Origin: Parcubacteria group bacterium
Lineage (GTDB): Bacteria; Patescibacteriota; Patescibacteriia; Buchananbacterales; UBA6539
Assembly: GCA_002687175.1 (NCBI GenBank)
Contig: NYZP01000001.1
Span: 78,236-142,235 of the forward strand
Direction: 5' to 3'
DNA length: 64,000 bases
Under the pieces are notes generated by a model. That model saw only the letters and a program-made list of their open reading frames with translations, was not told the origin of the DNA and did not search any database. Within the stretch, counting starts at the first letter, position 1; each line of letters begins with the position of its first letter. Shown one piece after another: positions 21,071-30,736 of the stretch. The translations under genes and the position numbers were made by a program.

Positions 21071-21258
21071 TAATCCCCTTTGTTGAGGGCTAAGTAAACC
21101 AAAACTAATTAACATAACTCTATCATTCTTGATCAGTAAATACAATGATCATCTCTCCTTGACTTTATAATAGACCTATGGTAATATATATTCATAAATT
21201 AAACGAGCCCGGAAAGGGCTTTTTAAATTACTTTATTTAAAGTAAATTCACCTCAAAT

Positions 21259-21447
21259 ATGAATATTTTAAGCCATTTATTTAACTACATTAAAGCCTCT
21301 CAACAAGAATTGAAGAAAGTTGTTTGGCCAACAAAAAAAGAAGTTATCCACCACACTGTTTTAGTAATAGTAATCAGTTTGGGTGTGGCTGCTTTTTTAG
21401 GTCTAGCCGACTATTTCCTAACAATTATTGTCGGGACTATTTTGTAA
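21259..21447 (+). CDS. secE: preprotein translocase subunit SecE
   Basis: 62 aa with KKVVWPTKKEV followed by a single TM. It sits in the canonical secE-nusG-rplK-rplA position. Confidence 0.75.
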   Translation: MNILSHLFNYIKASQQELKKVVWPTKKEVIHHTVLVIVISLGVAAFLGLADYFLTIIVGTIL

Positions 21448-21451
21448 CAAT

Positions 21452-21997
21452 ATGCCAAAACAGACATTACAACAGGGCCGACGTTGGTATGTTATCCATA
21501 CCTACTCCGGCTATGAAGAAAACGTTAAAAGAAATTTAGCTCAAAGAATTGAATCCATGGACATGGAAGGCAAAATTTTTAGCATTTTGATTCCAACTGA
21601 AAAAAAAATTAAGATTAAAAACGGTAAACGTAAAGTAGTTACCGAGAAAATCTTCCCTGGTTATGTATTGGTAGAAATGGTGGTTGATGATAATTCCTGG
21701 TATGTTGTTCGAAACACACCAAATGTTACTGGATTCATTGGTTCAGGCACTACCCCAACACCAATTTCTGACACTGAAATTAAAAGTCTTCAAAAACGAA
21801 TGGGTGTTGAAGAACCTACCTTTAAAATTGACGTTACCGTTGGTACCGCTGTTAAAATTGTCGATGGACCATTTAAGGGCTACGAAGGTAAAGTTGATAA
21901 AATTGACGAGGATCGAGGCAAAATTAAAGTTCTGGTTAATATATTTGGCCGGGAAACTCCGGTGGAACTTGACTTTTTACAAGTTAAGAAACTATAA
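21452..21997 (+). CDS. nusG: transcription termination/antitermination factor NusG
   Basis: RRWYVIHTYSGYEENVKRNL NGN domain and a C-terminal KOW (GPFKGYEGKV). Start taken at the internal ATG at 21452. Confidence 0.9.
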   Translation: MPKQTLQQGRRWYVIHTYSGYEENVKRNLAQRIESMDMEGKIFSILIPTEKKIKIKNGKRKVVTEKIFPGYVLVEMVVDDNSWYVVRNTPNVTGFIGSGTTPTPISDTEIKSLQKRMGVEEPTFKIDVTVGTAVKIVDGPFKGYEGKVDKIDEDRGKIKVLVNIFGRETPVELDFLQVKKL

Positions 21998-22021
21998 TAC
22001 TATTCTAATAGATAAACTACT

Positions 22022-22447
22022 ATGGCAAAAAAAGTTAAAACAGTTATAAAGTTACAAATTCCTGGCGGTCAAGCAAACCCCGCTCCACCAGTTGGCCCAG
22101 CTTTGGGACAGCATGGTTTGAATATTTCTGAATTTTGTCAAAAATTTAATGAGGCAACTAAAGACAAACAAGGTGAACTAACACCGATAGAAATTACTGT
22201 TTACGAAGATCGAACATATACTTTTATTACCAAGGCTCCCCCAGCAGCTGAACTTCTTAAAAAAGCTGCCAACATTAAAAAAGGGTCAGGAGAATCTTTA
22301 AAGAAAAAATCCGGAAAAGTGACCAAAGCACAAATTCAAGAAATTGCTGAAAAGAAAATGCCGGATCTAAATGCTAAAGACATTGAAGGTGCTATGAGAA
22401 TTATTGAAGGCACTGCCAGACAAATGGGGCTGGAAGTAAAAAATTAA
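22022..22447 (+). CDS. rplK: 50S ribosomal protein L11
   Basis: [26 protein letters not shown]. Confidence 0.95.
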   Translation: MAKKVKTVIKLQIPGGQANPAPPVGPALGQHGLNISEFCQKFNEATKDKQGELTPIEITVYEDRTYTFITKAPPAAELLKKAANIKKGSGESLKKKSGKVTKAQIQEIAEKKMPDLNAKDIEGAMRIIEGTARQMGLEVKN

Positions 22448-22460
22448 TTAATAAATTTGC

Positions 22461-22499
22461 AGGACCCCGTCCTGAAATCGTTTCAGGATCCCGGGGGTT
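22461..22499. repeat. REP-like hairpin GGACCCCGTCCTGAAA-TCG-TTTCAGGATCCCGGGGG of the CCGTCCTGA family
   Basis: Shares its core with 41075-41136, 10018-10035 and 18500-18520. Confidence 0.5.
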
Positions 22500-22518
22500 T
22501 GTACTGCGAAAGGAAATT

Positions 22519-23199
22519 ATGAAACGTTCTAAGAAATATCTAGAGGTCTCAAAAAAAATTGATAGCGACAAAGCTTATCCAATTGATAAAGCAATTAAAC
22601 TGGTTAAAGAAACCAATCTTTCAAAATTTGATGGTTCAGTTGAAACTCACATTAAACTGGGTATTGACCCTAAAAAAAGTGAGCAACAAGTTCGTGGAGC
22701 AATTACTTTACCAAACGGTACCGGTAAAACTAAAATTATTGCCGCTTTTGTCGCTCCCGACAAAGAAAAAGAAGCCAAAGAAGCCGGAGCAGATATTATT
22801 GGCGGGGAAGATCTAATTGCTGACATTAAAAAATCTGGAAAAATTGAGTTTGAAGTAGCCTTAGCTTCACCAGACATGATGCCTAAACTGGCAGTGATCG
22901 CTAAAATACTTGGACCAAGAGGTTTAATGCCATCCCCTAAGAATGAAACTATCACTACTAATATTAAAAAAACCATCAACGAATTAAAACAAGGTAAAAT
23001 AAACTTTAAGAATGATGATACCGCTAACATTCATCAAATCATCGGTAAAGTTTCATTTGATGAACAAAAATTAATTGAAAACTATAAAGCTTTTATGGAA
23101 GCCTTGACCAAAGCTAAGCCCTCTTCAGCTAAAGGTATTTACCTTAAAAATATCAGTATTTCCTCAACCATGGGTCCGGGCGTCAAAGTAGAAATTTAA
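22519..23199 (+). CDS. rplA: 50S ribosomal protein L1
   Basis: 226 aa with a typical L1 layout. Confidence 0.95.
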   Translation: MKRSKKYLEVSKKIDSDKAYPIDKAIKLVKETNLSKFDGSVETHIKLGIDPKKSEQQVRGAITLPNGTGKTKIIAAFVAPDKEKEAKEAGADIIGGEDLIADIKKSGKIEFEVALASPDMMPKLAVIAKILGPRGLMPSPKNETITTNIKKTINELKQGKINFKNDDTANIHQIIGKVSFDEQKLIENYKAFMEALTKAKPSSAKGIYLKNISISSTMGPGVKVEI

Positions 23200-23217
23200 A
23201 TTAAAGTAAATATATTT

Positions 23218-23246
23218 CCCCACCTTAATTGGTGGGGATTTTTTTA
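23218..23246 (+). terminator. Rho-independent terminator after rplA
   Basis: CCCCACC-TTAATT-GGTGGGG followed by ATTTTTTTAT. Confidence 0.65.
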
Positions 23247-23296
23247 TAAAAAAAGTCACCATATTTTTAAATATTGATGACTTGATAGCTGACAAG

Positions 23297-23497
23297 CTAC
23301 AAACTTGATTTGCTACGAAATGGTAAACGATCTCCGCAAATAGAACAATATATTGCACCTGGTACATGAAGCCTACGATCACATTTATTACAAAGTGATA
23401 TTTTAATGGAAACTAAATCTTTTCCACATTGAGTACAATATCTATCAGCTGGATCATTGGTTTTATTTTCACAATCACAAAAAAAACATCCAAGCAT
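23297..23497 (-). CDS. small double-zinc-ribbon protein
   Basis: 66 aa with CDC, CTQCG, CNKC and CSICG. Confidence 0.4.
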   Translation of the reverse strand: MLGCFFCDCENKTNDPADRYCTQCGKDLVSIKISLCNKCDRRLHVPGAIYCSICGDRLPFRSKSSL

Positions 23498-23810
23498 GAT
23501 TGATCACCATGTAAATGTTTGTCCGCTTAGGATCAAAGAGCAATACCTTATGTTATTAATAAACTGTAATTTTGTCAAATAACCAGCAAGTTTGCCCAAG
23601 TTTGCCAAAAACCCTTAAAATCTGTTAAAATATATGAGTTATTGGCGACGTAGAGCGAGTGAAATAAAAAGTCAAAGACTTTTTATTTCAGAGCCGAGGA
23701 GTCAAAAAGAGTACAATACTACACCTCAAGATTATAGAAGGTGTTAGTAAATGAACGGGGTTTACTAAGTAGCTTAATTCCCTTTATTAGTCCTAAAAAT
23801 TTCAAAAATT

Positions 23811-24347
23811 ATGGCTGAAGAAAGAAAACATTATCGTCCTTCCTGGGATGATTATTTTATGGCAATTGCCAAAATTATTGCCGCCCGCGGCACTTGCGAT
23901 CGACTTTATGCCGGCTCGGTTTTGGTTAAAGATAATCGAATTATTTCTACAGGTTACAACGGTTCACCTCCTTCATCACCTCATTGTGCTGACGTTGGTC
24001 ATTTATTAGAAGAAGGGCACTGCGTTCGAACCATTCATGGTGAACATAATGCAATTTTACAAGCCGCAGTCCAAGGCAGTACCAGTACAGCTGGGTCGAC
24101 CATGTACAGTAAATATAATCCATGCATCCACTGTACCAAGTACGTAATTGCTGCTGGTATCAAAAGAGTTGTTATCGGAAAGATTTACCGAAATGCTAAA
24201 GCAGTTGACATGTTGAAAGAAGCTGGCATCCAAGTTGATGTTTACCAAGAAAACCAAGAGTGGAATGATGAATTAACTAAACTATTTTCCGAGGATATTA
24301 CCGACAGGACAAATGAAGGTGATGTAAATATGGAGGTTTCTAAATAA
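23811..24347 (+). CDS. dCMP deaminase (cytidine/deoxycytidylate deaminase family)
   Basis: HAEHNAILQAA and PCIHCTKYVIAAGIKRVV zinc-binding motifs. Confidence 0.85.
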   Translation: MAEERKHYRPSWDDYFMAIAKIIAARGTCDRLYAGSVLVKDNRIISTGYNGSPPSSPHCADVGHLLEEGHCVRTIHGEHNAILQAAVQGSTSTAGSTMYSKYNPCIHCTKYVIAAGIKRVVIGKIYRNAKAVDMLKEAGIQVDVYQENQEWNDELTKLFSEDITDRTNEGDVNMEVSK

Positions 24348-24910
24348 TGGGAAAAGTTATTTTAGGCTTAGTTGGTGAATTAGCCGCCGGTAAAGGAACA
24401 ATTGTTGATTATCTTAAAAAGAAACATCAGGCTGTTTCTTTTCGTTATTCCGATCCGTTAAGAGAAACCCTTGAGTTGTATGATGTTGAAATAACCAGAG
24501 ATAATATGCAATCATTATCCACTTTTTTAAGACAAAACTATAGCGAAAGCATTTTAGCAGATTCAATTTTAAAAAAGATAAAAAGTTCTGACCATCATCT
24601 TATTGTTATTGATGGCGTGCGTCGGTTCACTGATTTTGAAAATCTGACCAAACTGCCTAACTTTCATTTAGTTTACGTTACGGCTGAACCAAAAACTCGT
24701 TACGATCGGTATATTAAAAGAGATGAAAATGTTGGTGATAACACCTTTAGTTTTGAGGACTTTTCGGAAAAAGAAAAAGCCGAGGCTGACAAACAAGTGC
24801 CAGCAGTCGGGAAAAAAGCCGATTTTAAAATTGACAACAATGGAGATTTTGAATCTTTACATCAACAGGTTGAGGATATATGGAAAAAAATAGATGAAGG
24901 TAAAAATTAA
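24347..24910 (+). CDS. P-loop (deoxy)nucleoside-monophosphate kinase-like protein (T4 Dnk-like)
   Basis: Walker A GELAAGKGT. Translationally coupled to the upstream gene (TAATG overlap). The kinase family assignment is inference from context and N-terminal similarity. Confidence 0.5.
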   Translation: MGKVILGLVGELAAGKGTIVDYLKKKHQAVSFRYSDPLRETLELYDVEITRDNMQSLSTFLRQNYSESILADSILKKIKSSDHHLIVIDGVRRFTDFENLTKLPNFHLVYVTAEPKTRYDRYIKRDENVGDNTFSFEDFSEKEKAEADKQVPAVGKKADFKIDNNGDFESLHQQVEDIWKKIDEGKN

Positions 24911-25316
24911 AAAATTAAATACTGAAGCAGTTATCCCCTCGTATGCTCATCCGGGAGATGTCGGGCTGGATCTCTATGCTTTAGACGATTATAGTTTACA
25001 ACCAGGAGAAAGAAAAATTTTTGATCTTGGTTTTGCTTTGGAGTTTGAAACTGGTTATGTGGCCTTTGTAAAAGATAAAAGTAGTTTACCAAAAAATGGT
25101 GGTGTTCATACTATGGCTGGAGTATATGATGCTGGTTACCGTGGTGAATACAATGTTAACCTGATTAACCTTGGCAATGAAATTTATCAAATTAATAAGG
25201 GAGATAAAATTGCTCAATTAGTTATTATGCCAGTTATCAAAGCAGATTTAGAAGAAACCGAAAATTTATCTAACACCAGTCGCGGTGAAGGTCGCTTTGG
25301 CTCAACCGGAAAGTAA
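24894..25316 (+). CDS. dut: dUTP diphosphatase
   Basis: All five dUTPase motifs: PGDVGLDL, DKSSL, GVYDAGYRGE, KIAQLV and RGEGRFGSTG. Confidence 0.9.
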   Translation: MKVKIKKLNTEAVIPSYAHPGDVGLDLYALDDYSLQPGERKIFDLGFALEFETGYVAFVKDKSSLPKNGGVHTMAGVYDAGYRGEYNVNLINLGNEIYQINKGDKIAQLVIMPVIKADLEETENLSNTSRGEGRFGSTGK

Positions 25317-25331
25317 ATATAAAATAAATAC

Positions 25332-27692
25332 ATGGAAGATAAAAATATAACAATTATTGCAGCTATTGCAATCATTATTTTTCTAATAATAATTGGCGCA
25401 TTTTTTCTTTTTCACTACTTACCCAGATCTGGCCAACCACAAATTGAACCACTGGTTGAAGCCAACCAAAATCTTACTGGTGAAGTAGGAATAGCTCCTT
25501 CATTACCAACTTCTGACGACACCTTAACCGCTGAACAAATTACTGAATTATCACAATCTCGTTTAGAAAAAGAAAAACAGTTTATCTCTTCATTTTGGCA
25601 ACTAATTAGTACTCCGTACACACCGGCAGTAGCTCCCTATCAATTATCATTAGATAACATAAAAGAAGAAGTGGTAAATTATCGTGACTTTTCACGAAGA
25701 ATAGATTTGGACTCAGCTTTAACCAAGCTAACGGAAAATAATTTTGTGGTTATTGATAATCCTTTTGATCCTCAGGTTACTGATTGGCAAAGTAATTATA
25801 AAAACTTAAAGGATGAAAATTTACCAATATTTATAAGTTCTGATTCAATTGTTGGTGTGTATCAAGATACTTTACAAATTATCTATAAAGAAATTGAGCA
25901 AGAAATATTTTATCCTTCACTCTGGGAATTGTTAGAAAAAATGTATAACAAAACGAAGAAAAGATATGAAGCTAAACGTTTACAATTTGGTATTGAAACT
26001 GACACCCTGACCGAAGCCAACCGCCTTGAACTGGCATATTTAACAGTAGCTTTAAAACTTCTGCAACCAGAAGAAAGTCAAATTAAAGAATCGTTAACCG
26101 CCGACAAAAAATTCTTTTCCAGTTTTGAAGGAAGCCTTTATAAAATTGATGTGCCTGAATATTTAGTTGACCAGGTTAATCAAGAAATCAGTTTGATTTC
26201 TGCCAAAAAGCAGAGCAGTAAATCACCAATTTTTTTGTACGATAACGATTATCAAGAATACAATATTCCCGCGCAGTACCAAACTTCTGAGATTTTAAAA
26301 AATTACTATTTAGCAATTACTTGGTTAAAAGAATCATTCTTTCCTCTCTGGTTTACCGCCGATGACTGTGCCGACTGTCTTTTAGACCAACAGGATCATC
26401 GTATAAACTTTATTGCTTCATTGTTGCTGAGTAATGATCTGGCCAGTGATCAAAACTTAAAAAATAGCTGGGCAAATATTTATAAATCAATTTCTTTTTT
26501 CAAGGGACTAGAGTCAAATTTAACTTACTTAGATTATAATCAAGCAGCGATAAATGTGTTTGATGTAGACTTAAATTTTGATGATATTTTTGCAACAGAC
26601 CAGGAGACTACCAACCAAAATATTATCAATTTACAAAATGAAATAAATAATTTTGAATTTCCAGCTGTCCTCGGCGGCTCAAAAGAAAATAAAGAAAAAG
26701 TTGGTCTAAAACTGTTACGGGATTACCATTTACTGGAAACAAGTTTATTTGACTCGTTGACTGGTACGGAAATTGGTAATCACCGGACTGTTGGACCAAG
26801 AGAAGAACTACCTTTTACCGCTTGCAATAATCAAGGAGATATTAATCGATGTATCGTAACTGGCTTAGACCTCTTTAACCTGCTAGATAACCAAGCCGCC
26901 AGGCAAGTACTGACTGAGTCTCTGGATGACAACTATCCGTCTTACTTGTCGAGAATAAATAATTTTGTTGATCAGGTAATGAAATTTGATCAAAACACTT
27001 GGCACGATAATTCCTATCTGGCGATGTTATCGGCTTTACAAAATCTCAATGACCAGGACCGTACTGCCTGGCCATCTTTTATGAACAGCGAGGCCTGGAG
27101 TAAAAAATCTTTAAGTACCGGTTTAGCTACCTGGTCACTGACTCATAGAGAAATTAATTTCGAAAAACAGGCATTTGAAGAAATTTTGGGTGATGGTTTT
27201 GGTAACTATTTCCCCTATGGTTATATTGAACCGCAAGTTGAGCTATACAATGAACTGCTGGCTAATGTTAACATGGTGATGAATGGATTTTTGAGTTTAG
27301 AAATAATTTCACCAATCGGTAAGCCATTTCAACGATTAGAAGCTTTAAAAAATATTTTAGAAAAGTCCAGTGCTATTGCTCAAAAAGAATTGGAAAATCA
27401 AACCTTGGAAGCGACTGATTATGACTTCATTAATAGCTATGCCAGACAACTAAATATAATTTTTGGAGATATTAAAAAGGAAAACATTCAAAATTTTTAT
27501 TCTTTTGAGCATATCGTAGATAAAAATAATATCTTAATTGAAAAAATTAATGGCTTTGATTATATCGTAGTTATTTATCCTAATGAGCAAGGACGGTTAT
27601 TCTTGGCTATTGGTCCGGTTTTTAATTATGCCGAAACCAAATTCAAAAGGATAGAACCATCTTCAATTTGGCAGGAAGCATTTAAACTTTAA
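25332..27692 (+). CDS. large N-terminally membrane-anchored hypothetical protein embedded in the thymidylate cluster
   Basis: 786 aa with one N-terminal TM (IIAAIAIIIFLIIIGAFFLF). No recognisable domain. Confidence 0.55.
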   Translation: MEDKNITIIAAIAIIIFLIIIGAFFLFHYLPRSGQPQIEPLVEANQNLTGEVGIAPSLPTSDDTLTAEQITELSQSRLEKEKQFISSFWQLISTPYTPAVAPYQLSLDNIKEEVVNYRDFSRRIDLDSALTKLTENNFVVIDNPFDPQVTDWQSNYKNLKDENLPIFISSDSIVGVYQDTLQIIYKEIEQEIFYPSLWELLEKMYNKTKKRYEAKRLQFGIETDTLTEANRLELAYLTVALKLLQPEESQIKESLTADKKFFSSFEGSLYKIDVPEYLVDQVNQEISLISAKKQSSKSPIFLYDNDYQEYNIPAQYQTSEILKNYYLAITWLKESFFPLWFTADDCADCLLDQQDHRINFIASLLLSNDLASDQNLKNSWANIYKSISFFKGLESNLTYLDYNQAAINVFDVDLNFDDIFATDQETTNQNIINLQNEINNFEFPAVLGGSKENKEKVGLKLLRDYHLLETSLFDSLTGTEIGNHRTVGPREELPFTACNNQGDINRCIVTGLDLFNLLDNQAARQVLTESLDDNYPSYLSRINNFVDQVMKFDQNTWHDNSYLAMLSALQNLNDQDRTAWPSFMNSEAWSKKSLSTGLATWSLTHREINFEKQAFEEILGDGFGNYFPYGYIEPQVELYNELLANVNMVMNGFLSLEIISPIGKPFQRLEALKNILEKSSAIAQKELENQTLEATDYDFINSYARQLNIIFGDIKKENIQNFYSFEHIVDKNNILIEKINGFDYIVVIYPNEQGRLFLAIGPVFNYAETKFKRIEPSSIWQEAFKL

Positions 27693-27695
27693 ATT

Positions 27696-28568
27696 ATGAA
27701 AGCTTATCTGGATATTGTACAAAAAGTTTTAGACGTTGGCATAAAAAAAATGCCTCGCCAAGGAATTGAAGCCTTGACCATGGCTGGCGCAATGTTTGAG
27801 CATGATATGTCTAAAGGATTTCCTCTTTTAACTACTAAAAAAGTTCCCTTAAGATTAGTGGCTAGTGAATTAGAATTTTTCATCAAAGGTATTACTGATA
27901 AGCAGTGGTTACTGGATCGCAATAATCATATCTGGGATGAATGGGCCAATCCTAAAAAAGCTCCCTATGGACATGATGAGCAATCAAAAAAACGGATGCT
28001 AGAGGAACGTGACTTAGGAGCAATTTATGGTTTTCAATGGCGTCATTTTAATGCTCAATATGACAGCTACGACTCAGATTACACGGACAAAGGCGTTGAT
28101 CAACTCAAACGTGTTATTGAAATGCTTAAAAAAAATCCTGATGACCGCCGAATGATTGTGTCGGCCTGGAATCCAATTATGCTGGGTGAAATGGCATTAC
28201 CGCCATGTCATTATCTTTATCAAGTCACTGTCATTGATGGGAGGCTAAACTTAATGTGGAATCAACGCTCTGTTGATATAATGTTGGGCTTGCCATTTAA
28301 TATCGCCAGTTATGCTCTACTGTTACACTTAATAGCCAAAGAAACTGGCTTTAAAGAAGGTAGATTAGTCGGCTTTCTTGGTGATGTTCATCTGTTTGTT
28401 AACCATGTTGAGGGGGCAAAAGAGCAATTATCTCGCGATTCAAATAAATATCCCCTACCAAAAATTGCCACGGAAGATTTTAAATCAATTTTTGACTGGA
28501 ACTATGAACAAACAAAATTAATTGATTACGAAAGCTACCCCCGAATTAAATTTGATATAGCTGTATAA
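27696..28568 (+). CDS. thyA: thymidylate synthase
   Basis: Catalytic LPPCHYLYQ and the dUMP-binding DIMLGLPFNIASYALL. Confidence 0.95.
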   Translation: MKAYLDIVQKVLDVGIKKMPRQGIEALTMAGAMFEHDMSKGFPLLTTKKVPLRLVASELEFFIKGITDKQWLLDRNNHIWDEWANPKKAPYGHDEQSKKRMLEERDLGAIYGFQWRHFNAQYDSYDSDYTDKGVDQLKRVIEMLKKNPDDRRMIVSAWNPIMLGEMALPPCHYLYQVTVIDGRLNLMWNQRSVDIMLGLPFNIASYALLLHLIAKETGFKEGRLVGFLGDVHLFVNHVEGAKEQLSRDSNKYPLPKIATEDFKSIFDWNYEQTKLIDYESYPRIKFDIAV

Positions 28569-28570
28569 CC

Positions 28571-29089
28571 ATGAAACTAATAATTATGATGGCAATGACC
28601 GTTGACGGTATAATTGCTAAAAATAAATCACACAATGCTGACTGGACCTCCAAGGCTGATAAAAAAGCCTTTATTGCCGAAACCAAAAAACATGGTGCCA
28701 TCATCATGGGAGACACTACTTTTGTTGCCATGGGTCAAAAATCTTTACCTGGTCGTTTAAATTTAATACTAAGCATGGAACCAGAAAAGTACCAGGATAA
28801 AATAGTAGCTAACCAACTAGAATTTATTAAAGCCTCACCGGAAGATGTAGTAAAAAATTTAGCAGACCGTGGCTTTGAATCAGCTATTTTAGGTGGCGGT
28901 GCTAGAACTAATTCTTATTTTTTAAAAGCTGGCTTAGTTGACGAAATTTTGATTACAATAGAACCGAAAATATTTGGCGGCGGGCTAAACTTTACTGAAG
29001 GTGAAGAGTTTGATCTTGATTTAAAACTGTTGGAAGTTAATAAGCTAGGAGATGAGGCTCTACAACTAAGGTATAAAATTTTGAAATAA
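28571..29089 (+). CDS. folA: dihydrofolate reductase (DHFR/RibD_C family)
   Basis: MAMTVDGIIA ... AIIMGDTTFVAMGQKSLPGRLNLILS. Directly follows thyA. Confidence 0.7.
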   Translation: MKLIIMMAMTVDGIIAKNKSHNADWTSKADKKAFIAETKKHGAIIMGDTTFVAMGQKSLPGRLNLILSMEPEKYQDKIVANQLEFIKASPEDVVKNLADRGFESAILGGGARTNSYFLKAGLVDEILITIEPKIFGGGLNFTEGEEFDLDLKLLEVNKLGDEALQLRYKILK

Positions 29090-29154
29090 AAAAAGACGAC
29101 AGTCGTAACTATCGCCAAATGAACTGATATTGCCACCAAAAACTTTGTATTCAG

Positions 29155-29439
29155 TTAATGTTCGGTCATTTCTGCCGCGAACAAAACCAAAGCAAGTATA
29201 GTGAAAATAATAAGGATGGCTGTTGAGAAAAAACTCCAGCCTAATGATAGAGCACCTTGCCATCGTAGAGCAAATGCCAACCACAACGATAGAACTCCAA
29301 CGCATCCAATACAAGGTGTTGCGAGACCCAGGAAGCATAATAAATCACTCTCATCAACTTCATGCCCGCATTTGTATGCCCTGAAATAAAATAGTGCATA
29401 CATCGTCATCATCCCGATCAGAAAATATACAGTCAACAT
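29155..29439 (-). CDS. small two-TM membrane protein (paralog 1)
   Basis: Start reassigned to the CAT at 29437-29439 with SD GGAGGAAA. ~94 aa. Confidence 0.45.
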   Translation of the reverse strand: MLTVYFLIGMMTMYALFYFRAYKCGHEVDESDLLCFLGLATPCIGCVGVLSLWLAFALRWQGALSLGWSFFSTAILIIFTILALVLFAAEMTEH

Positions 29440-29494
29440 GACATTTCCTCCGTCTGGTTGAGGCACGTTAAGCAATCGACCAATGTGATCAATT

Positions 29495-29842
29495 TTAATC
29501 ACAAAACAGACATTCCGTCTTACGTTGATCTTCAACAGTAGCCTCCCTACTTCTGCTACCTGTATAATCAAGAAACAAAGCATTATTAACTACGAGCAGT
29601 TGAACAAAGACTTGCAAAATTATCGCAGGAACCATGGTCTGCTCAAATGAGACATCTGGCACCCAACCTTGAGTGTATGATACCCACACAAAAATGATCC
29701 CAGCCACCCCAATTAATGGAGTAATCCAAGCCAATAACAAATTAACAATGTCATTGCTTATCTCTCCAGAATCATCCATCCGCATGTAATACAGAAAGTA
29801 GCACAGCACCATCAAGACAATAAATCCAAGTGTCGACATCAC
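29495..29842 (-). CDS. small two-TM membrane protein (paralog 2); exact start uncertain by +/-1 codon
   Basis: Sequence similarity to the neighbour at 29155-29439 (YFLIGMMTMYALFYFRAY...LATPCIGCVGVLSLW versus YFLYYMRM...ITPLIGVAGIIFVW). Confidence 0.4.
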   Translation of the reverse strand: MMSTLGFIVLMVLCYFLYYMRMDDSGEISNDIVNLLLAWITPLIGVAGIIFVWVSYTQGWVPDVSFEQTMVPAIILQVFVQLLVVNNALFLDYTGSRSREATVEDQRKTECLFCD

Positions 29843-29931
29843 ATCACCTCCTTCATGGATTGAGACACATGATTAGTTAACCTCCAATTATTAAATATTA
29901 AATCACTTATTTTTTAAAGTCAACTTACTTT

Positions 29932-30579
29932 ATGTCAGGAAAACTAATTGTCATCGACGGTATCGACGGCTCGGGTAAAGCTACCCAGACCGATATTTTA
30001 GTTAAAAAGCTGAAGCAAAAAGGTCAGGCAGTTGAAACTGTTGATTTTCCTCAGTACACCCAAAACTTCTTTGGTGGTATGGTTAGAAAGTATCTAGATG
30101 GTCAATTTGGAATACCAACCGAGGTTGATCCATATTTAGCTTCCATACTCTATGCCGGTGATCGTTTTGAATCTTCCCAAAAAATTAAAGATTGGTTAGC
30201 CGCTGATAAGCTGGTAGTACTGGACAGATATTATACTTCAAATTTTATTCATCAAACTACCAAAATGGCCGAAGGTGAGATTGATGACTTCATTAGTTGG
30301 GAGCATAAATTAGAATTTGAAATTTTTAAAATACCAGAACCAGACTTAGTAATATACTTACATGTTGAACCTAAAATAGCCTATCAACTGGTCAGTAAAC
30401 GAGGTAGTGGCCACGACGGTCATGACACTCTTGACCACATGAGAAAAGCCGAACAACGGTCTACCTTGCTTGCTGATAAACTTAATTGGACAACTGTTAA
30501 GTGTTCGGACGGAAAAAAACCACTGGCGATAGAAAAAATATCCCAAAAAATTTTTAAAGAAGTGAAAAAAATTATTTAA
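29932..30579 (+). CDS. tmk: thymidylate kinase
   Basis: LIVIDGIDGSGKATQ P-loop and the DRY motif. Confidence 0.9.
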   Translation: MSGKLIVIDGIDGSGKATQTDILVKKLKQKGQAVETVDFPQYTQNFFGGMVRKYLDGQFGIPTEVDPYLASILYAGDRFESSQKIKDWLAADKLVVLDRYYTSNFIHQTTKMAEGEIDDFISWEHKLEFEIFKIPEPDLVIYLHVEPKIAYQLVSKRGSGHDGHDTLDHMRKAEQRSTLLADKLNWTTVKCSDGKKPLAIEKISQKIFKEVKKII

Positions 30580-30736
30580 ATTACTAGATACTGTCGACGA
30601 AGATTAAATACTCTCTTTATTTATTAGAAATAATGTGATACTCTGTATGAGTAAATTTAATTATAAAAAGTTAAAAAACTAAAAAATTTACCCCGTAAAA
30701 TTCCAGAGTAATTTGTACGGGGCTACAGCCTAAAAT

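Noticed and set aside
22461-22499. Interpreting the rplK-rplA intergenic hairpin as an L1-binding autoregulatory site.
   Set aside because: The same sequence unit recurs at 41075-41136 and inside the 122-bp repeats, so it is more parsimoniously a dispersed REP-like element.
29495-29842. Exact start codon of the second small membrane-protein paralog.
   Set aside because: My manual codon count near 29836-29842 disagreed with the ORF-track frame by one nucleotide, and I could not resolve it by eye. I kept the ORF-track coordinates and flagged the start as uncertain.
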